Below are positions 35,014 through 47,030 of a stretch of 64,000 nt of DNA, piece after piece. The translations under genes were made by a program, and so were the position numbers. This stretch comes from Dipteris shenzhenensis (Eukaryota): NCBI GenBank assembly GCA_047967505.1, contig CM106538.1. One strand, given 5' to 3'. The notes below the pieces were generated by a model. It saw only the letters and a list, made by a program, of their open reading frames with translations, was not told where the DNA came from and did no database searches. The first letter of the stretch is position 1. Each line of letters opens with the position of its first letter.

Positions 35014-36651
35014 ATGGATTCCCCGTCAGCCAATCCTACTCCATCTCCACCGGCCGCGAAAACTATCACTTTCTCTAAAGACGAGTTGCAGCAGCTCAAG
35101 AAGGATGTAGAGATTGAGTGCTCTACCACTTTGCTAGCACGCATCTTCGGGTCTCACCCTTCCAGATCCCAAGCCAGAGACTGGATGCTTGCGGCTCTCC
35201 CCCCAGACCTCGCTCCTCGATTGGTAGATGTTCACCTTCTGGGACGAGGTTTTTTCCAGGTTGTTTTTGACACTCCAGAGGCTGCGAGCACTATGCTCAA
35301 GGCCGAGTTTTTACACCTGGGACACAGGAAGATCTTCTTTGAAGCCTTTCACCTTGGTTTCGACCCAGTTGAGGCAGATAAGAAATTCTTCTCGCTCTTC
35401 ATCAGGTTCCCCGGGCTTCCCCAGGTTTACCATCGACTTCTTTCTGTTATTGGGGAGCATTTTGGCGCAGTTGCTGAGATCCCACCCCTCCCTGGGTTGC
35501 CATTGACTGCAGCAGAGGCAACCAAGGCTGATGGGGTTCCTAGAGTTAGGGTCCTTTGCAAGGATCCTAACCTCGAGATGGACCACGTCATGATACAGCG
35601 CCCGGATGGTTCCTTTTTTCGCCAAAGAGTGGAGATTTCAGGCAGGCAGGACCAGTGCAGGATTTGCAGGACCTCGAGACACTTTGCCAGGGATTGTCCC
35701 AGGAAGAAGAAAAGGCCTAAGAAGGCCTCTGGTACAGCTACCGCCTCAGGGCATCGACAGGGGGGACAGGGGGGGGGATTAGACCCGGCACTTGCCCCTC
35801 GACCTCGGCAGAGGGGTGGTACAGGTCCAGCTCCTGCTCCTCATTCTTCACGTGGCGGTCCTGCTCAGTCAGGTGGTGGTACAGGTCCAGTACCTATTCC
35901 TCGGCCTCATCAGGGGGGTGGTACAGGTCCTGCTCCTCGACCCCCACCTCCCTCAGGCACACACGACGCTTTACAGTGGGTTCCAGTACGTGTGCAGGTC
36001 CCTCCTTCAGTTCACGAGGGTACCTTAGTAGACTCTGCTTCACCTCGAGCTGTCCTTCCTGTCTCACCTTGCACAGTCCGAGACGCTGAAGCTTCGACCT
36101 CCTCCCCAGTTGCAGCTTCTTCCTTAGATCCAGCACTGCCAGATGTTCCTCTTGAGGATGGAGAGATTTCCGCGGCTGGGCAGACACCGGGTAGAGAGCC
36201 TTCCTCACTCCCTCCCTTGGACAGGGGGAAGGGGATAGCTTACACTGTTGATCCTCTTCCCTCACAAGGGATCCTTCGTACTCCGGTGTCTGGATTGCTC
36301 CACAGGAACTCGTTTTCAGCCTTGGCAGAGAGTTCAGATTTCCCAGAGGAGGAGTTTGTGCCCGCTACTTTTGGGGAGCCAGTGGTTGGATTTCCTATTG
36401 ACAGGGCTTCTTCTTCAGGTGCCAGGATTCTTTCCCCTATTGACTTTCTCCACTGGGTTCCTTCCCTCCTTCCAGGAGGTCTTTCCCTGTTGAGGGGTTT
36501 GTTTCCGCCACTAGGTCGGGTAAGGTGTTCCACTCTACATCCTCCCGTCGATGAGGATTATCAGTTGGAGCCTAGGTGGCGTCCCACATCGCCGCCGCAG
36601 ACAGCTGATCCGGGATCAGCTTCATCCAGGTGTTACTGGGGGTCCCATTGA
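35014..36651 (+). CDS. LINE A ORF1 (DUF4283-like plus CCHC knuckle, Pro/Gly-rich tail)
   Basis: LGRGFFQV, FIRFPGLP and CRICRTSRHFARDCP motifs. It overlaps the ORF2 start by ~100 nt, so the true stop may have been altered. Confidence 0.88.
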   Translation: MDSPSANPTPSPPAAKTITFSKDELQQLKKDVEIECSTTLLARIFGSHPSRSQARDWMLAALPPDLAPRLVDVHLLGRGFFQVVFDTPEAASTMLKAEFLHLGHRKIFFEAFHLGFDPVEADKKFFSLFIRFPGLPQVYHRLLSVIGEHFGAVAEIPPLPGLPLTAAEATKADGVPRVRVLCKDPNLEMDHVMIQRPDGSFFRQRVEISGRQDQCRICRTSRHFARDCPRKKKRPKKASGTATASGHRQGGQGGGLDPALAPRPRQRGGTGPAPAPHSSRGGPAQSGGGTGPVPIPRPHQGGGTGPAPRPPPPSGTHDALQWVPVRVQVPPSVHEGTLVDSASPRAVLPVSPCTVRDAEASTSSPVAASSLDPALPDVPLEDGEISAAGQTPGREPSSLPPLDRGKGIAYTVDPLPSQGILRTPVSGLLHRNSFSALAESSDFPEEEFVPATFGEPVVGFPIDRASSSGARILSPIDFLHWVPSLLPGGLSLLRGLFPPLGRVRCSTLHPPVDEDYQLEPRWRPTSPPQTADPGSASSRCYWGSH

Positions 36652-39600
36652 TATATTATTTATTCAAGAGCACAAGCTGGATTATAGAGATTGTGCCAAG
36701 TCAGGCAAGTTACTTTCAGGACATACTTTTTGGTCGCCTGCATTGGGCACTAGGGGAGGCACTTCTATTTCAGTTTCGCAGTCGGTTCTCCCCTTAGTTG
36801 TTGGGCACGGAGTCATTATCCCCTCTAGAGCTCAGTGGATTATTCTCTTGAATGGAGGGCGTAAGGTTGGCTTCCTCAACCTATATGCCTCCAACATTAG
36901 AGGGGAACATGTCCTTATGTGGAAGACTTTGCTCTCCTGGGCCCCCATTGTGGATTCTTGGGTGATTGGAGGTGACTTTAACATGGTCGAGTTACCTTCA
37001 GACAAAAAAGGGGGTAGAGAAGGCGGACTTCACTCTTTGGAGAGAGCAGCTTGGGATGCCTTCCTTTTCCATTTCTGTGGCAGAGATACTTGGTGTGATG
37101 ATGCCTTTCTTATTCAGCCACAGTCCCTCCTGTTCTCTTGGTCGAACAGGAGGCAACAGATGCCTATTCATGCACGCATTGACAGATTTTATGTAGATGA
37201 CTGGGCACTAGACAGAGGTGGATCGGTATGCATTGCTGCGGGGGTTTCCACCTCAGACCATTTTCCTGTTGTTCTGGCTATCTCAGAGCCTCACTTGAGA
37301 GGCCGATCTGCCAGCATCAGGATCCCAGATGCCTTTTACACAGAGGAGGACCTTACAGAGGCAGCCCTACGGGTATGGTTTGCTCATGTCCAGGGAGGGC
37401 AGCCACATCCTTCACATTTAGCCGCTGCCCTCTCTGGTATTAGCGACTTTTACTGCTCAGTTGCTTCTACCAGGAGACGAGATATTCTCAGACGTGAGAT
37501 TGGTGTTCGCCAGCAGTTAGCAGCTTTGCAAAGGGAAGAGCAGAAACGGCCTTCAGATGCTTGGATTCAGGAGCGCCTTGCTGCAGCGAGGGCTCATCTG
37601 CAGTTATTGCTTGATCAGAGAGCAGAGTATGCCTTTCATGCACGGGAGTCCTTCTGGATTCAGATGGGTGGTAGAGTCAATAAACACTTCTTCTCTACTC
37701 TTGGCCCTAGACATAGTAGAGAGAGTGTATCTCAGCTTATTGACTCACATGGGGTTTTACAGACAGAGCCAGATGACGTCTTACGCATAGCTTCAGATTT
37801 CTATGCCACCCTCCTTACTGCTGATCCTGAGACACACGATATAGAGGATGCTAGACAGGCTATTTGGCAGAGTATCCCAGTGTTGGTGAATCCGGATATG
37901 CATGTTCTACTTGACGCACCTTTCACCAACACAGAGTTCAGGACTGCACTTTCAGCCCTTCACAAGGGCAAGTGCCCAGGTTTAGATGGCCTCACCCCGT
38001 CTTTTTTCATTGCATTTTGGGATATGATTGGAGACTATATTACTTCAGCCATGCAGGCCATTTGGGACTCTGGCGAGATGCCTGAATCGCTTACAGAGGG
38101 CCTCATCCACCTTATCCCAAAAGGAGGTAGCAGAAATTTATTGTCCCAGTGGAGGCCTATCACACTTCTGGGGACTTGTTACAAGATTCTGGCCAAGGCT
38201 ATCAGCCTCCGATTGCAGCCACTTCTCCCTGATCTTATCCACGACACTCAGACGGGATTTGTGCATGGCAGAAGTATTTTTTATAACATTTTTTCTTTCT
38301 GGGAAGCTTCAGAGTGGGCCATGCAGAGTGGCCAAAATCTTGCCATTCTACTGTTGGATTTTGAAAAAGCTTATGACAGAGTAGATTGGAGTTTTTTGGA
38401 GGGCACCCTTCTACGCTTTGGATTCACTGATGTTTGGATCAGAGGTGTTTCCTCTTTGTACAGATCAGCCCATAGCCAGGTACTTATTGGTGGGGTAAGG
38501 GGTGAGAGATTTCAGATTTCGAGATCAGTCCGTCAGGGATGCCCCCTTGCTCCTTTCCTTTTTTTATTCGTGGCCGAAGCTATGAGCATCTATGTTAGAT
38601 CTCAAGATGACATCTTTGGGCTGAGACTTCCTATCAGAAGAGAAGAGGAGCTGCTTGACAGTGAGTTGGCTGATGACACAGCGATTTATTTGGATGCCTC
38701 TCCACAGACATTGACTTCTTTCAGGACAACATTGGATTTATTTTGCTTGGCGGCAGGGGCGCAGATAAATTGGCATAAATCCAATGGCTTTTGGATCAGT
38801 GATGAGGACACTCCAGTTTGGGGACTTGACATAGGGTTCACTTGGGTTCAGAGGGGTGTGCCTATCAGGTATTTGGGCTGCCAGGTCGGCTTGGGTATTT
38901 CTACCACGCAGCAGTTTGCTCCCGTGTTGGAGAGCATCAGAAGGAAGCTTCTCTTTTGGAGCTCAGCCAAGCTGGATCTTGCCTCTAGAGTTGTGGTGGT
39001 CAACCAGGTCCTCTTGGCCACGGCCTGGTTTATTTGTTCATGTTGGTGCCGTTCTAGGGACTGCATCATTCAGCTCAGAAGACCGATCAGGAACTTTCTC
39101 TGGAGTGGGCTTGATGGCACAGCAGATGCCTTAGCCAGAGTGGCTTGGGAGACCCTCATCCTCCCTACACAGGATGGGGGTCTCAATATTATTGATCCAG
39201 ATTTACAGTGCAGAGCCTTACTTTGCAAGATAGTGGTGCGAGGACTTATGCCAGGACAAGAACCGTGGAAGGACTTTCTTATCAGCAGCATACAGAGGTG
39301 CACACCTTCCTCAGGAGGAGACTGGATGAGCAGTGTTAGATGGATTTTCACCTCAGCACACCTCAGATCACCTTCTTCCCCTCTCATGGTTGCCATTCTG
39401 AAAGCTTGGGCTAGTTTCAGAAGCTCTCTTCGGAGGATTCCTCCTTCCTCCCGGGAAGAGATTGATAGGCAGCCCATCATGTGGAATGACAGTATTTTAG
39501 ATGATCGTGGCAGACCACTGGGTGCCTCACTCTACATGCAGTGGGCCAGGTGGGAGAGGGGACCTGCTTCTTCTTTGGGATCTTGGAAAGCCTTCCGTAG

Positions 39601-39668
39601 GCTTCCAGAGGAAACCAAGTCAAGGTTGACAGGACATCTCAGAGGGAGTGCAGGGAGGATCTTGCAGA
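36551..39668 (+). CDS. LINE A ORF2 (APE endonuclease plus RT), broken at the inversion breakpoint
   Basis: Motifs IQEHK, GGDFN, RIDRF, SDHFP, CPGLDG, WRPITL, DFEKAYDRV, RQGCPLAP, LADD and YLG. The frame runs on into flanking DNA to 39721. Confidence 0.93.
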
Positions 39669-40778
39669 CTGGCCTGTCCTTTGAGTATGGCAGAAGACAA
39701 TCTTGTTTTGGTTGTAGTTGAGGCTACATTCCATTAGTTGTAGATTAGGAGTGGCCATCAAGTGCCTCAATCCCCGCTAGAGTCTTATCTCAGTTCCAGC
39801 GGTGGATAAGATCAGCGATAGTTATCATGTAAATCTTCAGACTCCCGGGTCTCTATTCGAGCAGTTCCTTTCTCAGAGGTACAGGGGCTCAGGGCATCCG
39901 GATAGGCCGGCTTCAGGGCGGATCACTCGACTTACGATCACATTTTTACACTTAGAGGGATCATTGAGGAGGCCAGACACAGGAGACAGAGAGTATATTG
40001 TTGCTTTGTGGATTTCCGCAAGGCATTTGACACCGTTCCCCGCGCCCAACTCATCAAACGCCTATAGGAGTTAGGCTACGACTCGGTGATTATCTGGGCA
40101 GTAGTAGCTCTCTATGAGCGGGTGACGGGGCAGGTCAGGATTGGCACCAGCTGGAACCCAGAGATCACGAGCACTATCGGAGTCAAACAAGGATGTCCCT
40201 TGTCACCGACTCTATTTGGCCTCTACATCGACGAGCTCGAGACCACCATCAGGACACTCGGAGGTGCAGGCTGCTCTCTTGCGGAGGCTGTTATCCAGAT
40301 TCTCCTTTACGCAGACGATGTAGTACTACTATCCTCTTCTGCTACTGGTCTTCAGTGACACCTAGATGGACTTCAGGTCTTCTGTGATACACATGACTTG
40401 AAGGTCAACCTTGGGAAAACCAAGGTGATGATCTTCAACACTTCCAGACCCGCTATGCATCGAGAGCAGTTCCTCTTCGCCGGTGACCCTGTTGAGATAG
40501 TTGACTCTTACACATACTTGGGCGTTGTCTTCTTAGGCCCGATCTTCACGATGCGCTCGGCGATGCAGGTCAAGATCAATCGGGGATACGCCGCTCTTGC
40601 CAGGCTGGAGCGACAGTGCTACCACTCCCATTGCCAGGACCTGCGGACCAAGTCTCTCCTTTTTGATTCTTTGGTCCGCCCAGCAGGCATGTACGGTAGC
40701 CCTTGGTGGGGAGTCGACCTTTCAGACATAGAGTGGGCTCGAGTCGAGCGCCTACAGATACTAATGTTTGCTCGGATG

Positions 40779-40982
40779 TGTTGGGGTAAAGGCACATTGC
40801 CACCCCTTTTATTAAAGATATGACACCTATGACTGTCTTAAGACAGTCATAGGGTGAAAAACCTAATCCTAATAAAACTTAAGAGTTTGTGGTGTGGCTC
40901 ATCACTTCACACCCGCATCTTGAGTGTCACTCTCTCTCTCACCCTCTCTCTGTTGTTCTTCTCCCTCTGACCTTCCCCTTCA
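40779..40982 (+). repeat. Copia 5' LTR
   Basis: Direct repeat of 46827-47030, followed by the PBS. Confidence 0.96.
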
Positions 40983-42604
40983 ACTGGTATCAGAGCCTCA
41001 CTTCCTCCCTACCCCTGCCTACCTCTCCCTCTACCCCCTCGGGACTTGTGCCCTTTTGGCATTGCGCAAGCAACTAGGGCTGCAGCACGGGACAGCAACG
41101 CGGGGCGGCGAGGTTGTATCGCGGGCAATAGCGCGGGCTGCAGCGGATCTGCGAGCAGGGCAAGGCGGCGCCGAACAGCAACAGCAGCTGCTAGCTGCTA
41201 CAGCTGCGAGCAGGGCAAGGCGGTGCGCACGTACGCGCAAGAAGCGTGGGCGCTGCGCGCAGGCAGCAGCTTGTGATCACGCCATTTCCGTACAGTCGTG
41301 TACGGACGTACGGTCGTCCGTACAACTGTACGGACAGCAGTCGACCGTACCGTACGGATCTCCGTACGGACTGAGGCAAGGGCTGCGTTAGGAATTTCTG
41401 CGTCAGGGAGCTTCATCAGAGATTTGCATTTCGAAAATTTCTTTTTTTTTCTCTTCTTGGATCTGTACCCTGCACAGGTACATCAGGTACTTTGGTACCC
41501 TGCACTAGTACAAAGGTACAGAAAGTACAGCAGGTACATTTTTTTTTGGGAAGAGGAAAGGAGAGAGAGCACTCTGCTCTTCATTCAGGATCATTTTCAG
41601 TTCTCAAAACTGTGTTTTGAAAGTACAGCAAGTACCTTCGTGTCCCTCGTGCTTGAGGTGACTAGTACCACAGTGTGTGGTTGATTGCACAGTTATCTTG
41701 TTTCGGGAAGGTAATGCCTTGATTTTGCAGAGGATTTTTATGCTTTTGCTGAGTGCAAATCTCAGCTTTTGGGTGACATTTTCAAAGGGCTTTTGCCTGG
41801 AAGCTTATGCAGTGTATGCCTTGAGGCAGTGTGGAGCCAGGGAGCCCACATTAGTCTTGTTTCCGCAGTGTACTCAGTGACATTTCTTGCAGGTCACATT
41901 TTGTGTACGACACCTTTTGAAAATCTCAGTTGAGCCACGCTTGGCCAGGGCGCATCGAGTTTACTCGGTCCCTAACTGTCCATCGTTGACAGTGCTCAAA
42001 AGATTTTCTCTTTAGTGTCTGTACGTTGGGATCTGTGTTGTTATTGTGTACACAGGGCTGTTTATGCATTGCATTGTCAGGTGAGTGCCAGGAGAGCGCT
42101 ACATTTTGTATGCTACCTCAGTGTTGAGGTGTTCTTTCACTTGGTACAGGTGTCAAATCAAGGGGCTTTTGCCCAGACTTTGCTTGATAGCACTTGGGTT
42201 ACTGTCAGAGACCTTCAGATGCCTTTTATCCCCTTGGCAGAAGGGTGATTGCTTGGGATTTGTCCCATTTTGCGTTGCAGGTTTGTGACAGGCTGAAGAG
42301 TCTGGAGCTTCTTTTTCAGTGAACAAAACAGTGTATGACAAGTGGTTTATGCATATAAAATCAGTGCAATACCTCATCTAAGGTGGGAGAAGTGATCAGG
42401 ACAGCAGTGTTTTGTGCACGGTACAGTGTGTCAGAAGGTACAGTAACTGGAGGGAATTTTCTGTTTTACTGCAGATTTTTTGACAGTAAAAACAGCACTA
42501 TTGTGAGTGCTCCTGGCTCTTGATAGAGCAGGTTTTTCTGAGAAATCAGAATTTTATTCAGTCTTTTTTGACTTACAGGGAGTCAGGTACTTTCCTTATC
42601 TGAT

Positions 42605-45600
42605 ATGGCATCAGAGGGAAGTGAATCATCAATTCTGAACATAAAGAAGTTGGAAGGGGCACACAATTATGCATTATGGGCAGAACAGTGTTTGAATGTA
42701 CTTCTGCTTAAGAAGATTTGTAAGCCCATAAGGGTGAAGGGTGTCAAGCCATCTGGGATGTCAGATGATGAGTGGGAGGAGCTAGATCTGTCCGCGAGGG
42801 CTGCTATCATGCTTACTCTCAGTGATTCTCTTGTGTACAATGTTCAGGCTGAAAAGACCTCTTATGGTGTATGGCAGAGGCTAGCAAAGTTGTATGCCCA
42901 AAAGAGTTCAGCTAGTAAGGTGTATTGGTTGAAGAAGCTGGTTGATCTTCGCATGAAGGAAGGTAATGAAGGAAGGTACAGCTATGACCTCACACTTGAG
43001 TGAGTTCAATGCCATCTTTACACAGCTGATTGCACAGGGGTTGAACCTTGATGAGGAGTTCAAGGCTACTTTCTTGTTGTGTACCTTTCCTGAGAGTTGG
43101 GACACTTTCAAGACCACCTTGTCTAATTCGAACGTCACTCTTATATATGCTGATGTAGAGAGCTCTCTCCTCATGGAGGAGATGAGCAGGAAAAATAATG
43201 CGGGCAGCAAGTCTTCAAATGCTTTGCAGGTACAGGATAGAGGCAGGACTCAGCAGAAGGGGAGATTTGCTAGTAAGTCCAAATCCCGCAGTCAGTCCCG
43301 TGGCAAAAAGGATATTGAATGCTTTTATTGTGGCAAGAAGGGACATGTGAAGTCTAAGTGCTTCAAGTTTATACGGGATCAGAAAGCCAAGAAGGCTGAA
43401 GCAAAGGATGCAGGCAGTGGAAGCAAAGGCAAAGGCAAGGCCAAGGTAGATGACTTGGATGCAGTGAATGTTGCAGCAGAGGACAGTGACAGTGACAGAC
43501 ATGAGGTATTATGTTCTTCTGCTGTAATTGCACACACATTGGTTATTGATGGCCATGACATGCACATCTGGCTCTTGGATTCAGGTGCTTCTTTTCATGT
43601 TACTCCTCATAAGGAGTGGTTTACTTCTTACACAGGTACTCATGGAGTTGTTCACCTTGGGAACAACTATGCATGTCAGATTGCAGGGATTGGCAGTATA
43701 CAGATAGTATTCCCTGATGGACGGTCATTTATGCTTGATGGTGTTCGCCATGTGCCGCAAATCAAGAAAAATCTGATTAGCACTGGCTTGTTGGATGACA
43801 GTGATTACCACACCACATTTGGGGATTCCAAATGGGTGATTACTGATGGCCAGGTTGTAGTGGCTGAGGGTTATAAGAGTGATACCTTGTACCCTCTTTA
43901 TGTTTCCAGTGTAGGTAATCATGTTGTTGCCATAACCGAGCTGCCAAAGATTTCATTGTGGCATAGCCGGTTGGGACACATGTCCGTTAAAGGAATGCAA
44001 GAACTATCACGTTTGGGTTATCTGCCGTCTCTTTCTTTTTCAGATTTGCCTACTTGTGATCATTGCATATTTGGCAAGCATTCTGTGACTCCTCATAAGA
44101 GGAGAACTCCCCAGAATAGAGCACCGCTTGATCTAGTGCACACTGATTTGTGTGAGATGCCACAGTTATCACTAGGGGGTGCAAAGTATTTTATTACTTT
44201 TATTGATGATGCCACACGTAAAGTGTGGGTCTATTTCTTGAAGCATAAAAGCGATGCCTTAGATGCTTTCAAGAAGTTTGTCGCTCAGGTTGAGAATCGG
44301 ACAGGTCGCAGGCTGAAATGCCTTAGATCCGATAATGGGGTGAGTATGTGTCACATGCTTTTGTGCAGTTTTGCGAAGCTAAGGGCATCAAACAGGAACT
44401 CACAGCCCCTCATAATGCATCTCAAAATTGTGTAAGTGAGCGGATGAATCAAACTATTCAGGAGAAGGTTCGATGTATGTTGTCTTATGCTGCATTGCCC
44501 CATGGCTTTTGGGCAGAAGCCGTGCAAACAGCAGTTCACATTATTAACAGGTCGCCAAACAAGGCTTTGGAGTTGAAAGTGCCAGAGGAGGTGTGGTCTG
44601 GCAAGCCACCCTCATATAAGCACTTGCGTGTGTTTGGCTGCGAGTGCTTTGCTCATATACGCAAAGAACTGCGCACCAAACTGGAGCCAAAGTCTCTCAG
44701 ATGCATCTTCATGGGTTATGGTGACGAAGGTGAAATGGGGTACAGGTTATGGGATCCCGTTAAACGGAAGATTATATGCAGCAATGATGTCATCTTTAAA
44801 GAGGATAGTGTACACAAGGAACCCGTGCAACCTGTGGAATACAGGAGGGTTATTTACGATGATGTTGGACAGCAAAGAATGCCCATTTATATGCAGCAGC
44901 AGGCTGCTGCAGATAGCCCTGTTCAAGAGGGTATACAGGCTGGAAATCAGCCAGATAATTTTGCCAATGATGCACCACTGGATATGCCAGCAGATGGGGC
45001 TGTAGAACAGCCAGATATGGTGGTACAGCCACCCGTCATGCATGACGAACAGGCTGGACAGCAGCCTAATCCGGAACATTTTGTTAGGAGGAGCACCCGT
45101 GTACAACGGCCTCCTGCCAGGTTTGTTCCAGGAGCCAATAATGTGGCTGATTTTATCATGCTGACAGATTGTGGTGAGCCTTCCAGCTTCAAGGAAGCTA
45201 TGGGAAGAACAGAGAAAAGGAAGTGGGAGAAAGCCATGCAATCTGAAATGGACTCCCTACTTCAAAATGATACATGGGACTTGGTGCAGCTACCTGCAGG
45301 CAGAAAGGTTTTGCCATGCAAGTGGGTTTACAAAGTCAAAGTGGATTCAAATGCTTTAGCGAGGTATAAGGCGAGATTGGTTGCCAAGGGATTTAAGCAG
45401 GAGAAGGGCATTGACTTTGATGAGATCTTTTCCCCTGTAGTCAAGATGACTACTTTGAGAGCAGTGTTAGCTCTTGTTGCTCATGAGGACATGGATTTAT
45501 GTCAGATGGATGTGAAGACTGCTTTTCTTCACGGAGATCTCCATGATGAGATCTATATGAGTCAGCCAGAGGGATATGCTGTTAAAGGGAAAGAGCAGCT

Positions 45601-46727
45601 TGTGTGTAAGCTCAAGAGGAGCTTGTATGGACTCAAGCAGGCGCCAAGAGAATGGTACAAGAAGTTTGATGCCTTCATGCAGTCCCAAGGGTATCATAGG
45701 TGTGAGACTGATCATTGTTTGTACACCAAACGGGCAAAGGATGGCAGTTTGATGCTACTCATTCTATATGTGGATGACATGCTGATTGCCAGTAAATCTC
45801 AGCATGAGATTAGTGCTTTAAAGAAACAACTGCATAAGTCTTTTGACATGAAAGACTTGGGTGATGCAAACCATATTCTTGGCATGCGGATTACTCGTGA
45901 CAGGTCCAAGGGACTTTTGTTTCTGTCGCAGAAGGAGTACATTGACAAAGTACTGCAGAGGTTTAAAATGGAGGGGGGGAAGTCTATTAGTACCCCGTTG
46001 CCTCCACATTTAAAACTCAGCAGTAAGGACAGCCCCAGATCAGATGATGATAAGGCTGAAATGGCCAAGGTTCCGTATGCATCTGCAGTTGGTTCTTTGA
46101 TGTATGCCATGGTTGCCACTCGTCCGGATATTGCTTTTGCGGTGGGAGTCATCAGCAGGTATATGGCAAATCCAGGCAAGCGGCACTGGGAAGCAGTGAA
46201 AGGTGTCTTGAGGTATCTCAAGGGTACCAAAGACTTGTGCATATGCTATGGTAGGCAGGATGCATTGGTGCATGGTTTTACAGATTCAGACTATGCAGGG
46301 AATGCAGATAACCGGAAATCTACTACCGGTTATATTTTCACATTTGCAGGAGGTGCTATATCATGGGTGTCTCGGTTGCAGAAATGCGTTGCACTGTCAA
46401 CTACTGAAGCTGAATATGTTGCAGCCACTGAGGCTTGCAAGGAAGCAATATGGCTTACTCGGCTGGTGGGAGATTTGGGCATTACAGGAGATATGCCAAT
46501 TTTGCATTGTGATAGTCAGAGTGCTATCATGTTGGCAAAGAATCCGGTCTTTCATCAAAAGACCAAGCACATAGATGTGAAATATCATTTCATCAGGGAG
46601 GTACTGGAAGACAAGCGACTTGAGCTTGTGAAAGTGCATACTGATGACAATCCTGCAGATTTGCTCACTAAGAGCTTGCCTACAGAGCGGGTTTGCACAT
46701 TGCCGCCACATCATGGGATTAGGATGA
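42605..46727 (+). pseudogene. Copia gag-pol polyprotein with three frameshifts
   Basis: Motifs CFYCGKKGHVKSKC, WLLDSGASFH, WHSRLGH, LRSDNG, YVDDML and TDSDYAG. Frameshifts at 42953-42978 (13-bp duplication), ~44340 (-1 G) and ~46690 (+1 G). Confidence 0.92.
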
Positions 46728-46826
46728 GACCACTCTTATTTTATGGTCTTGTATACAGTAACTGTATATTGCTGTAATTTTTATTCTTTTCTCCCCTTTA
46801 GGCATATTGGCCTTTAGGTGGGAGGT

Positions 46827-47030
46827 TGTTGGGGTAAAGGCACATTGCCACCCCTTTTATTAAAGATATGACACCTATGACTGTCTTAAGACAGTCATAG
46901 GGTGAAAAACCTAATCCTAATAAAACTTAAGAGTTTGTGGTGTGGCTCATCACTTCACACCCGCATCTTGAGTGTCACTCTCTCTCTCACCCTCTCTCTG
47001 TTGTTCTTCTCCCTCTGACCTTCCCCTTCA
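46827..47030 (+). repeat. Copia 3' LTR
   Basis: Direct repeat of 40779-40982, preceded by the PPT. Confidence 0.96.

Larger units (their letters stand above)
32916..39668 (-). mobile_element. Full-length LINE family A insertion with inverted 5' segment
   Basis: The poly(A) and 3' part lie on the - strand (32916-~34215). The leader, ORF1 and most of ORF2 lie on the + strand (~34290-39668). The insertion is flanked by CTGGCCTTGTCCTTT (32904) and CTGGCCTGTCCTTT (39669). Confidence 0.85.
40779..47030 (+). mobile_element. Full-length young Ty1/Copia LTR retrotransposon
   Basis: 204-bp TG...CA LTRs that are identical by eye, TSD GGATG (40774-40778 and 47031-47035), PBS TGGTATCAGAGC at 40985-40996, PPT at ~46816-46826, and gag-PR-IN-RT-RH order. 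Confidence 0.97.

Noticed and set aside
40985-40996. tRNA-like sequence
   Set aside because: It is only the primer-binding site complementary to the tRNA-iMet 3' end, not a tRNA gene.
44338-44348. Possible programmed frameshift in the Copia pol
   Set aside because: It falls inside the conserved integrase DNGGEY motif, so it is better explained as a 1-nt deletion or sequencing error.
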